A stretch of 64,000 nt of DNA from an uncultured Pseudomonadota bacterium (GTDB lineage Bacteria > Myxococcota_A > Polyangia > Fen-1088). The position numbers were made by a program, and so were the translations under genes. Location of the stretch: positions 288,001-352,000 of the forward strand of contig CAWKBC010000032.1 in assembly GCA_963847705.1 (NCBI GenBank). The letters run 5' to 3'. This document shows positions 56,365-64,000 of this stretch, piece after piece. The notes under the pieces were generated by a model. The model was not told the origin of the DNA, ran no database searches, and saw only the letters and a list, made by a program, of their open reading frames with translations. How positions within the stretch are numbered: the stretch's first letter is position 1; every line of letters starts with the position of its first letter.

Positions 56365-57182
56365 GGAACAAGATGCAGATCCGCCTGGGATACGAGCTCA
56401 ACTACGCCATACCGCAACCGACGCCGATGATCTTGACCCTCAACGTGCACCACAGCCGGGTCTCGGATCTCGTGCAGCCCGACCACATGAGGACGACGCC
56501 CTCGGTCCCGATGGCCGCCTACCGGGACGGCTTCGGGAACTGGTGCACCCGGCTGGTCGCCCCGGCGGGGAATTTTCGCGTCACCAGCGACGCGACCATC
56601 TACGACAGCGGCGAGCGCGAGCCGGTGGTCCCCTCGGCCATTCAGCACCCCGTTCAACAGCTGCCGGAGGAGACGCTGGTCTACCTGCTGGGAAGCCGTT
56701 ACTGCGAGACCGACAAGATGTCCCAGTTCGCCTGGGACAGGTTCGCCAACGCCCCGACCGGCTGGGGGCGCGTGCAGGCGATCTGCGACTTCGTTCACCA
56801 GCACATTCAGTTTGGCTATCAGTTCGCCCGCTCGACCAAGACCGCCTTCGAGGCCTTCAACGAGCGCAGGGGCGTCTGCCGCGACTTCGCCCACCTGGCC
56901 ATCACCCTCTGCCGCTGCCTGAACATCCCCGCCCGCTATTGCACCGGGTATCTCGGCGACATCGGTGTTCCCAAGGATCCGGCGCCGATGGACTTCGCCG
57001 GGTGGTTCGAGGCTTATCTGGGGTCGAACTGGTACACCTTCGATGCCCGCAACAACACCCCGCGCATCGGACGCGTCCTCATCGCGCGCGGCCGCGACGC
57101 CGCCGACGTGGCGATCTCCACGACCTTCGGACCCAACACCCTGCAGACCTTTCGCGTCTGGACCGACGAAGTGGTCTCCTGA
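56361..57182 (+). CDS. Transglutaminase-like protein
   Basis: YRDGFGN, SRYCETD, GVCRDFAHL, PARYCTGYLGD, GRDAADVA. ATGA overlap. Confidence 0.93.
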   Translation: MRNKMQIRLGYELNYAIPQPTPMILTLNVHHSRVSDLVQPDHMRTTPSVPMAAYRDGFGNWCTRLVAPAGNFRVTSDATIYDSGEREPVVPSAIQHPVQQLPEETLVYLLGSRYCETDKMSQFAWDRFANAPTGWGRVQAICDFVHQHIQFGYQFARSTKTAFEAFNERRGVCRDFAHLAITLCRCLNIPARYCTGYLGDIGVPKDPAPMDFAGWFEAYLGSNWYTFDARNNTPRIGRVLIARGRDAADVAISTTFGPNTLQTFRVWTDEVVS

Positions 57183-57225
57183 GCGCCCCCTCGCGCGGCG
57201 AGCATTCCGAGAGTAGGTTGCGCGC

Positions 57226-57981
57226 ATGACCTACTGTGTGGGCGTGCTGCTGGAAGACGGGATCGTCCTCGGATCGGACTCGCGCACCCACGCGGGCGTC
57301 GACGACTTCGCCTCGTTCTGCAAGATGACCGTGTTCGAGGAGGCCGGTGAGCGCGTGCTGGTGCTGTTGAGCTCGGGGAGCCTGGCCGGCACCCAGGCCG
57401 TCATCAGCCTGCTCCGGCAGGAGGCCGACGCGGCGGCCGAGGCCGCGGCCGACGCCGCGCCCACGGTCACCATCCGCAGCGCCCGGACGATGTTCGACGT
57501 GGCGCGCGTCGTCTCGGACGCCATGCGGGCCATCGACCGCCGCGACAGCGAGCATCTGGAGAAGCACGATCTCTCCTTCAACGCCTCCTTCATCCTCGGC
57601 GGCCAGATCAAGGGGGAGGCGATGCGGCTCTTTCGCATCTACGCCGCGGGCAACTTCATCGAGGCCGGCGTCGACACGCCGTTCTTCCAGACCGGCGAGG
57701 CCAAGTACGGCAAGCCGATCATCGATCGCGTCATCTCCCCCTCCACCAGCCTGAGCGACGCGGCCAAGTGCGTGCTGGTCTCGTTCGATTCGACGATGCG
57801 GAGCAACCTCTCGGTCGCCATGCCCATCGACCTGCTCTGCTACGAGCGCGACGCCCTGGTGGTCCGAAAGCGCCGCCGCTTCGAACAGGGCGACCCCTAC
57901 TTCGGCGCGCTCAGCAAGAAGTGGAGCGAAGGGGTTCGGGCGGCTTTCAAGGAGCTGCCCGAGCCCCAGTGGGGCGCCTGA
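57226..57981 (+). CDS. Anbu proteasome-type Ntn protease
   Basis: M-TYCVG N-terminal Thr, SDSRTHAGVD, GNFIEA, GEAKYGKPII, SFDSTMRSNLSV. Confidence 0.93.
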   Translation: MTYCVGVLLEDGIVLGSDSRTHAGVDDFASFCKMTVFEEAGERVLVLLSSGSLAGTQAVISLLRQEADAAAEAAADAAPTVTIRSARTMFDVARVVSDAMRAIDRRDSEHLEKHDLSFNASFILGGQIKGEAMRLFRIYAAGNFIEAGVDTPFFQTGEAKYGKPIIDRVISPSTSLSDAAKCVLVSFDSTMRSNLSVAMPIDLLCYERDALVVRKRRRFEQGDPYFGALSKKWSEGVRAAFKELPEPQWGA

Positions 57982-58246
57982 GTCACCGTCACGCCGCCGG
58001 TTTCGCTGCCCGCTCGGCCGGCGTCCGAGCGCCCAGGACACTCCCTCCGGGTGGGCGCGGGCGGCGACCGCCTCGCTGATGCGCTCGGGGTCGCGCCCCG
58101 CGCTCGAGATCCAGCTTCGCGAAAACCATGGTCCAGCGAGATTGCGCCACGCCTGCTCCTCGACACGCGCGGGCGGCGTGTATGCTTCCGCGCCGCGCGG
58201 CCCGCCGGGCCGCGAGCCCTGGGAATCGAAAGGTTGAGACGAGATC

Positions 58247-59272
58247 ATGAAATACAGAAAGCTCGGAGCGTCAGGCGTCAAGGTGTCGGAGCTCTGCCTG
58301 GGGGCGATGACCTTCGGCGAAGCCGACGAGAAGTCGTTCATGCACAAGGTCGGCGCCGACGAGAAGACGTCGTTCGGCATCCTGAACCGCGCGCTGGAGC
58401 TGGGCGTGAACTTCGTCGACACGGCCGACGTCTACGGGCAAGACGGCCTGAGCGAGCGGATCATCGGAGCCTGGATCGAACGCGATCAGCGCCGCAAGGA
58501 GATCGTCCTCGCCACCAAGTTTCGCTTCACCATGGGCGAAGGGGCCAACCGCACCGGCGCCTCCCGCTACCGGATCATGCGCTGCGTGGAGCACAGCCTG
58601 AAGCGCCTCCGCACCGATCACATCGACCTCTATCAGATTCACATGCAGGACCTCGACACACCGGAGGATGAAATCCTCCGGGCGCTCGACGATCTCGTCA
58701 CGCAGGGGAAGGTCCTCTACGTCGGCTGCTCGAACTACGCGGCCTACCGCCTGATGGATTCGCTCTGGGTCAGCCGCACCAGGAACCTCTCCGCCTTCGT
58801 CACGCTGCAGGCGCAGTACAGCCTGGTGGCGCGCGAGCTGGAGCGCGAGCACGTGCCGCTCTGCCGGGCGCAGGGGCTCGGCATCCTCTGCTGGGCGCCG
58901 CTGGCCAGCGGTTTTCTGAGCGGGAAGTACGACAAGGATCAGCCGCCGCCGGCCGGGGCGCGGCTGGAAAAGTGGAAGGATCGGATGGCGGGCTTCAACA
59001 ACGACCGCAACTGGAAGATCCTGGCCGCCGTCCGCGCCGTCGCCGCCGAGACCGGCGCCACGCCCGGCGCCGTGTCGCTGGCCTGGCTGCTGGCACAGCC
59101 GCAGGTCTCCTCCTGCATCTTCGGCGCGCGCTCGCTGGCGCAGCTGGAAGAGAACGTGAAGGCCACCGACCTGGTGCTGGGGCCCGAGCAGATCGCGCGC
59201 CTCGACGAGGCCTCGCGCTTCGACCTCGGCTATCCCTACGCGTTCATGAAGGACGTCCAAGGCCGCTGGTAG
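58247..59272 (+). CDS. Aldo/keto reductase
   Basis: LCLGAMTFG, DTADVY, LATKF, IDLYQIH, GCSN. Confidence 0.95.
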   Translation: MKYRKLGASGVKVSELCLGAMTFGEADEKSFMHKVGADEKTSFGILNRALELGVNFVDTADVYGQDGLSERIIGAWIERDQRRKEIVLATKFRFTMGEGANRTGASRYRIMRCVEHSLKRLRTDHIDLYQIHMQDLDTPEDEILRALDDLVTQGKVLYVGCSNYAAYRLMDSLWVSRTRNLSAFVTLQAQYSLVARELEREHVPLCRAQGLGILCWAPLASGFLSGKYDKDQPPPAGARLEKWKDRMAGFNNDRNWKILAAVRAVAAETGATPGAVSLAWLLAQPQVSSCIFGARSLAQLEENVKATDLVLGPEQIARLDEASRFDLGYPYAFMKDVQGRW

Positions 59273-59304
59273 GACCGCCGGCAGCGTGTAGGGTAGCAAC
59301 CAGC

Positions 59305-59556
59305 ATGCAGGTCGAGCTGTGCAGGAAGTCTCTCGAGCGGTTGGGCGCGCCACTCGCCCCTTTCCTTGCGGAGCTGAGGGAGCGTGAGCACACGCCGGTG
59401 GTGAAGGATTGTCTCAACCGCTGCCAGAAGTGCGAGCTCGGCTTCGCCATGGCCACGGTGGACGGCACGCCGCTCGGCGCGGCCAGCGTGACGGCGCTGC
59501 TGGCCGACATCGACGCGCTGGCGGCGGAGGACCTCGATGAGCCGGACGAAGCGTAG
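59305..59556 (+). CDS. Small Cys-motif protein (DUF1450/YuzB-like)
   Basis: VELC...CLNRCQKC...ATVDG...AAS..ALL. Fills the AKR-selO gap. Confidence 0.6.
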   Translation: MQVELCRKSLERLGAPLAPFLAELREREHTPVVKDCLNRCQKCELGFAMATVDGTPLGAASVTALLADIDALAAEDLDEPDEA

Positions 59557-59565
59557 ACGACGCCT

Positions 59566-61203
59566 GTGAGCTGGCCCAAACCTCAGACGCCCTGGCAGGC
59601 GCCGGTCTGGCTGGAGCCGGGGGGGGCGTTTCCCGCGCTGCGCTTCGACAACAGCTTCGTGCGCGAGCTCCCCGGCGAGGCCGAGACGCTGCGGGCCGTG
59701 CGCGGGGTGCGCGGCGCCTGCTTCTCGCCGATCGCGCCGGTTCCGGTGAGCGCGCCACGGGTCGTCGCCTGGTCGCCTGAGGTCGCCCGGCTGCTGGACC
59801 TGTCCGAGGCTGCGTGCGCGTCCGACACGTTCTTGCAGGTCGTCGCGGGCAACGCCCTCCTCGCGGGCATGGAGCCCTACGCCGCCTGTTACGGCGGGCA
59901 CCAGTTCGGGACCTGGGCGGGCCAGCTCGGCGATGGGCGGGCCATCAGCCTGGGGGAGGTGGTGAACGCGGCCGGCCAGCGCTGGGAGCTGCAGCTCAAG
60001 GGGGCCGGCGCCACGCCCTACTCCCGCTCCGCCGACGGTCGCGCCGTCCTCCGCTCGTCGATCCGCGAGTTCCTCTGCAGCGAGGCGATGGCGCATCTCG
60101 GCGTTCCGACGACGCGCGCGCTCAGCCTGGTCGCGACCGGCGACCAGATCGTGCGCGACATGTTCTATGACGGTCACCCGCGGGCCGAGCCAGGCGCCAT
60201 CGTCTGCCGCGTCGCCCCCTCGTTCCTGCGCTTCGGCAACTTCGAGCTGTTCGCCGCGCGCGGCGAGGTGGAGCTCTTGACCCGGCTCGCCGACTACACC
60301 CTCCGGCATCACTTCCCGGAGCTGGGCGCGCCGTCGCCCGAGACCTACGCCGCCTGGCTGACCGAGATCTGCCGCCGCACGGCCGTCCTCATGGCGCAGT
60401 GGATGCGGGTCGGCTTCGTTCACGGCGTCATGAACACCGACAACATGTCGATCCTCGGGTTGACCATCGACTACGGGCCGTTTGGGTTCCTCGACAGCTA
60501 CGACCCCGATTTCACCCCCAACACCACCGACGCGGGTGAGCGCCGTTATCGCTTCGCCAATCAGCCCCGCGTGGCCAAGTGGAACCTGATCAAGCTGGCG
60601 GAGGCGCTCTACCCGCTCATCGGCAGCATCCCGCCGCTCGAGGAGGCGCTGGTCGCCTACACCGAGACGTACGCGGCGGAGGAGAGCCGCCTCTACGCCG
60701 CCAAGCTGGGCCTGACCACGACCGACAAACCTCTCGTCGACGAGCTCTTCCAGGTGCTGGCGCTGACGGAGACCGACCTGACGCTCTTCTTTCGGGGTCT
60801 GGCCAACGTTCCCGTGGAGCTCGCTCCCGAAGCGGCCGACGATGCCCTGCTCTCACCGCTGGCCGGCGCTCACTACAGGCCCGACGAGCTCACCGGCGAC
60901 GTGCGCGCGCGGACGGTGGGCTGGCTTCGTCGCTACGGCGCCCGCGTCCGTACAGAGGCGACGCCGCCCGCGCTCCGCAAGCAGCGCATGGACGGCGTCA
61001 ATCCGAAGTACATCCTGCGCAACTGCCTCGCCCAGCAGGCGATCGACGCCGCCGAGAAGGGCGACGCCGCCCCGGTGCTCGAGCTGCTGGATCTCCTGCG
61101 ACACCCCTACGGCGAGCAACCCGAGCGCGAGCGCTACGCCGCCAGGCGCCCCGACTGGGCCCGCCACCGCGCGGGCTGCTCCATGCTCTCCTGCAGCTCC
61201 TGA
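59566..61203 (+). CDS. selO: Protein adenylyltransferase SelO (YdiU)
   Basis: YGGHQFG, GQLGDGRA, LKGAG.TPYSR, HGVMNTDN, C-terminal CSMLSCSS. Confidence 0.96.
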   Translation: MSWPKPQTPWQAPVWLEPGGAFPALRFDNSFVRELPGEAETLRAVRGVRGACFSPIAPVPVSAPRVVAWSPEVARLLDLSEAACASDTFLQVVAGNALLAGMEPYAACYGGHQFGTWAGQLGDGRAISLGEVVNAAGQRWELQLKGAGATPYSRSADGRAVLRSSIREFLCSEAMAHLGVPTTRALSLVATGDQIVRDMFYDGHPRAEPGAIVCRVAPSFLRFGNFELFAARGEVELLTRLADYTLRHHFPELGAPSPETYAAWLTEICRRTAVLMAQWMRVGFVHGVMNTDNMSILGLTIDYGPFGFLDSYDPDFTPNTTDAGERRYRFANQPRVAKWNLIKLAEALYPLIGSIPPLEEALVAYTETYAAEESRLYAAKLGLTTTDKPLVDELFQVLALTETDLTLFFRGLANVPVELAPEAADDALLSPLAGAHYRPDELTGDVRARTVGWLRRYGARVRTEATPPALRKQRMDGVNPKYILRNCLAQQAIDAAEKGDAAPVLELLDLLRHPYGEQPERERYAARRPDWARHRAGCSMLSCSS

Positions 61204-61315
61204 CCGGACCGGTTGGGTTGCGGGGATTCACGGCTGGGCTCGTCGGCCGGCGCTGAGCCTGCAATTCCGCCGGGCGGTGGGAGAATCATGGGCAGGAGCG
61301 AGAGGGAGGCCGGCC

Positions 61316-61552
61316 ATGGATCATGAAAGATTGCTCATCATCACCACCAGGGGAGAGACCATCGGAACGATCATTCACCAGGACGGAGACGAAACGTTCT
61401 TGGTCGAGGGCGAGACGGTGTTTCCGAGGGACTTCGAGTTCCGGCACGAAAGCATCACCGACGTCTGCGAGGATGGGGCGCTCCTCTATACGTTGACCGA
61501 ATGTTCCGGCGAGGAGCCGGTGGCGACCGAGGCGCCCCCCCGCCGCCACTAG
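61316..61552 (+). CDS. Small acidic protein (PRC-barrel/DUF2171-like)
   Basis: GGAGG RBS, GETIGTI...TFLVEG...FPRDF. Confidence 0.55.
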   Translation: MDHERLLIITTRGETIGTIIHQDGDETFLVEGETVFPRDFEFRHESITDVCEDGALLYTLTECSGEEPVATEAPPRRH

Positions 61553-61642
61553 CGGCCGCTCTGCGCCTCGAACATCCGGGCATCCGCGATCTGGGATGGC
61601 GCGTGGCCACCGACAGGGCGCACTTTCTCATCCCGAGGGCGG

Positions 61643-62785
61643 TTGACAGAGGCCGACCGAGACAGCCCCTTAACGGTTGTGCCGATCCCCACCCAGGCCA
61701 CCGCCGCCCCTTCGCCCGCGTCCAGCAACCCGGAAGGGAGCGCCGGGGAGATCGCATCCCGCGCCGGCCCGGTCCTCTCGCTCGAGCCTGTCGCCGCTCG
61801 GCACGCCCACGGCGTTTTCCGGATCGCCGCCGCGCTCGGACCTGACTTCGGCCTGGCGATCGCTTTCCTGGCGGTCCTCTCCGCGCTGGTCGCCGGGTTT
61901 GGCGCCTCCTTCGTCTGGAACAAGGGGCCGATCCTGGTGGCGGGGGGGATCTTGGTCCTGCTGGTCGTGGTGGCGTTCGTGCGTCGTGCGCCCGCCATCG
62001 TCCGCGGCGCGCCCGAGGCCTGGGCTGACTTCGGCACCGCGGCCCGACGGGTCATCCGCGACTGGGCCCCCTTCACCATCATCATGTGGGCCTTCGAGAG
62101 CATGGAGACGTACACCGGCGTCATCCGCAAGACGGGGATCGACGAGGCGCTCTATCGAATGGACCTCCGCCTGTTCGGCTTCGAGCCGACCGTCTGGGCG
62201 GGCCGCCTCTCGCATCCGCTGCTGACCGACTGGATGTCGCTCACCTACGGCCTCTACTTCATCCTGCCCATGATCGTCGCCTGCGCGCTCTCGCTGCGGG
62301 GCCGCCGGCATGACCTGCGCGAGCTGTCGACCGCGGTGATCCTGCAGATGGGGATCGGGTTCGTGCTGTTCCTGCTGTTCCCGGCGGGGCCGCCGCGCTT
62401 CTACGCCCCGCTCGTCAACGGCGGCTTCTCGCCCCCGCAGCTGCACTCCCTGACCGGCCTCTACGAGCTGCAGCAGAGCGCCTTCGACACCGTGGATCCG
62501 CTGCGCGTCCGGTCGGCCTTCCCTTCGCTCCACTGCTCCATCGCGCTTTTGACCCTGTTCTATTCCTGGCGCTTCGGCGACGCGCTTTTCCCCCGGCGCC
62601 CGCGGCTCTACTTCTGGCTCTGCCTGCCGCTGGTCATCTCGCTATGGCTGTCGACGATTTACCTGCGCCATCACTGGGTGCCCGACATCGCGGCCGGCTT
62701 GCTGCTCGGCCTGGCTTCCTCGACGCTGGCGCCCAGGCTGCGCGCGGCCTGGCCCCGGGTCCGCGCCGCGGTCGCCGCGCGCTGA
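61643..62785 (+). CDS. PAP2-superfamily membrane enzyme (IPC synthase/Aur1-like)
   Basis: FPAGPP, AFPSLH, RHHWVPD, multiple TMs. Confidence 0.85.
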   Translation: MTEADRDSPLTVVPIPTQATAAPSPASSNPEGSAGEIASRAGPVLSLEPVAARHAHGVFRIAAALGPDFGLAIAFLAVLSALVAGFGASFVWNKGPILVAGGILVLLVVVAFVRRAPAIVRGAPEAWADFGTAARRVIRDWAPFTIIMWAFESMETYTGVIRKTGIDEALYRMDLRLFGFEPTVWAGRLSHPLLTDWMSLTYGLYFILPMIVACALSLRGRRHDLRELSTAVILQMGIGFVLFLLFPAGPPRFYAPLVNGGFSPPQLHSLTGLYELQQSAFDTVDPLRVRSAFPSLHCSIALLTLFYSWRFGDALFPRRPRLYFWLCLPLVISLWLSTIYLRHHWVPDIAAGLLLGLASSTLAPRLRAAWPRVRAAVAAR

Positions 62786-64000
62786 CGCCGGTCCCCCTTG
62801 GGAGGGCGGTTGGCGATCAGGCGGGCCAGGGCCGGCGCGATCAGCAGCGCCGCGCTCAGGCAGGTGAGCTCGCCCAGCATCGCCGCGAACCCGAAGCTCC
62901 GGATCCCCTTGTTGGAGGAGAACCAGAGCGACCCGTAACCGACCACCGTGGTGTACGAGCAGAGCGCCACCGCCGAGGCGGTCCGGGCGCTCTCGATCCG
63001 GCCTTGCCGCGTGTCGGGCTCGGTGCGCGCGCGGCTGATGATGTTGACCGAGTAGTCGATCCCGATGCCGATGGTGATGGGCAGCGCCACGAAGTCGAGG
63101 AAGTTCACCTTGAGGCCGAAGACCCCCGCCAGCGCGACCATCGCCAGCGTCCCGAACGCCCCGCAGAAGAGGGTGGCGAACCCGGCCAGGGTCGGTCCGA
63201 GCAAGGCCACGACCACCAGGACGGCCCCGAGCGCGGCGATGGCGGTCGCGTGCGGGCCATCGCGCTCCATCGCGTCGAGCATGTCGGTGAAGACGAAGGC
63301 GGAGCCGCCGACCAGCACGTCGGGGCCGAGGCCAAGCCCCCTCACCGCGGCGGCGAACCGCCGCAGATCGCGGGTGTTCCAGGAGTCGATGCCGAGGCCG
63401 GTGTTGGCCAGAACGATCCGCCCGCGCGTGCCGTCCCGTTCGACGTACGGCCAGGCGAGCTCGAGCGGGACGTCGGCGTCGCCGAGCGCCCGCAGTCCCT
63501 GGGGGGGACGGGACTCCTGCAGCGTCTTCCGGTCGGCGTCGCTGAGGACGTCGGGGTGGCGCAGCTGGCGGTCGACCAGGCGCCGGAGGTCGTCCAGGAT
63601 CTCCAGCTTTTCGGGTTGATCGGCCGGCAGGCGGTCGTCGAGCGTGCTCACCCGGCTGAAGAGCCGCTGGCGCTCCGGCTTCCCCTCGTCGGCGGCCCGC
63701 AGCCTGCGCACCAGAGGCGCGACCTCGTCCCGGCGATTGACGGCCAGCGCGAAGCCACCGGAGATGCCGTGCCCGAAGGCCCGGTCGAACTTGTCCATGA
63801 GCGCGCTGCCGCGATCGAGCTCGGCGTTGGTGCTGGCCATGTTCCGCAGGTTGGTCTCGAGCGGCTGGTGGGTGAGATAGCGCCAGGCGCCCAGCCCGGA
63901 GGCGACGAAGAGAACGGCCGCCACGGCGAGGACGGGGCCGGGGCGCTTGGGGAGCGCGCGCTCGAACCAACCGATGGCCGCCGGCTCGGGACGAACCCGG
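62671..64000 (-). CDS. MMPL/RND family transporter, 3' part (start beyond the window end)
   Basis: LPITIGIGIDYSVN, TTVVGYGSL, IRSFG. Frame stays open to the window edge. Confidence 0.88.
   Translation of the reverse strand, partial: RVRPEPAAIGWFERALPKRPGPVLAVAAVLFVASGLGAWRYLTHQPLETNLRNMASTNAELDRGSALMDKFDRAFGHGISGGFALAVNRRDEVAPLVRRLRAADEGKPERQRLFSRVSTLDDRLPADQPEKLEILDDLRRLVDRQLRHPDVLSDADRKTLQESRPPQGLRALGDADVPLELAWPYVERDGTRGRIVLANTGLGIDSWNTRDLRRFAAAVRGLGLGPDVLVGGSAFVFTDMLDAMERDGPHATAIAALGAVLVVVALLGPTLAGFATLFCGAFGTLAMVALAGVFGLKVNFLDFVALPITIGIGIDYSVNIISRARTEPDTRQGRIESARTASAVALCSYTTVVGYGSLWFSSNKGIRSFGFAAMLGELTCLSAALLIAPALARLIANRPPKGDRRQRAATAARTRGQAARSLGASVEEARPSSKPAAMSGTQ

Noticed and set aside
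61180-61203. Selenocysteine in SelO
   Set aside because: The C-terminus is CSS with TGC Cys and TGA follows as a normal stop.

Overview
Very high-GC window with a myxobacterial (Myxococcota, probably Polyangia-like) gene repertoire: Cys-rich lipoproteins, a Ser/Thr kinase, a Glt-type beta-barrel and an AgmX/PglI-type domain. About 55 CDSs are supported. I saw no rRNA, tRNA, CRISPR array, integrase or transposase. Family calls come from motif recognition, not database searches. Best candidates for undescribed systems: (1) a translationally coupled operon of at least six outer-membrane barrels and lipoproteins around a GltA/B/H-like barrel (1-7132); (2) a tandem pair of Cys-motif/TM/M23 proteins, one apparently active and one catalytically degenerate (35732-37867); (3) an Anbu/transglutaminase/N-formylglutamate amidohydrolase cluster with CYTH-like and FUSC-like genes where the ATP-grasp/alpha-E pair usually sits (54097-57981); (4) a heme-motif lipoprotein plus a Tat-exported DUF1501-like protein, divergent from a GH9 cellulase with a sigma54-type promoter. 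Other notable items: a lipoprotein with ten disintegrin-like repeats, a Cys-free DksA/TraR paralogue, a DUF3494 ice-binding lipoprotein, a diheme cytochrome-rhodanese fusion, three short tandem arrays at gene 3' ends, and three reading-frame lesions (11939, 13218-13223, 47116-47152) that may be assembly errors.
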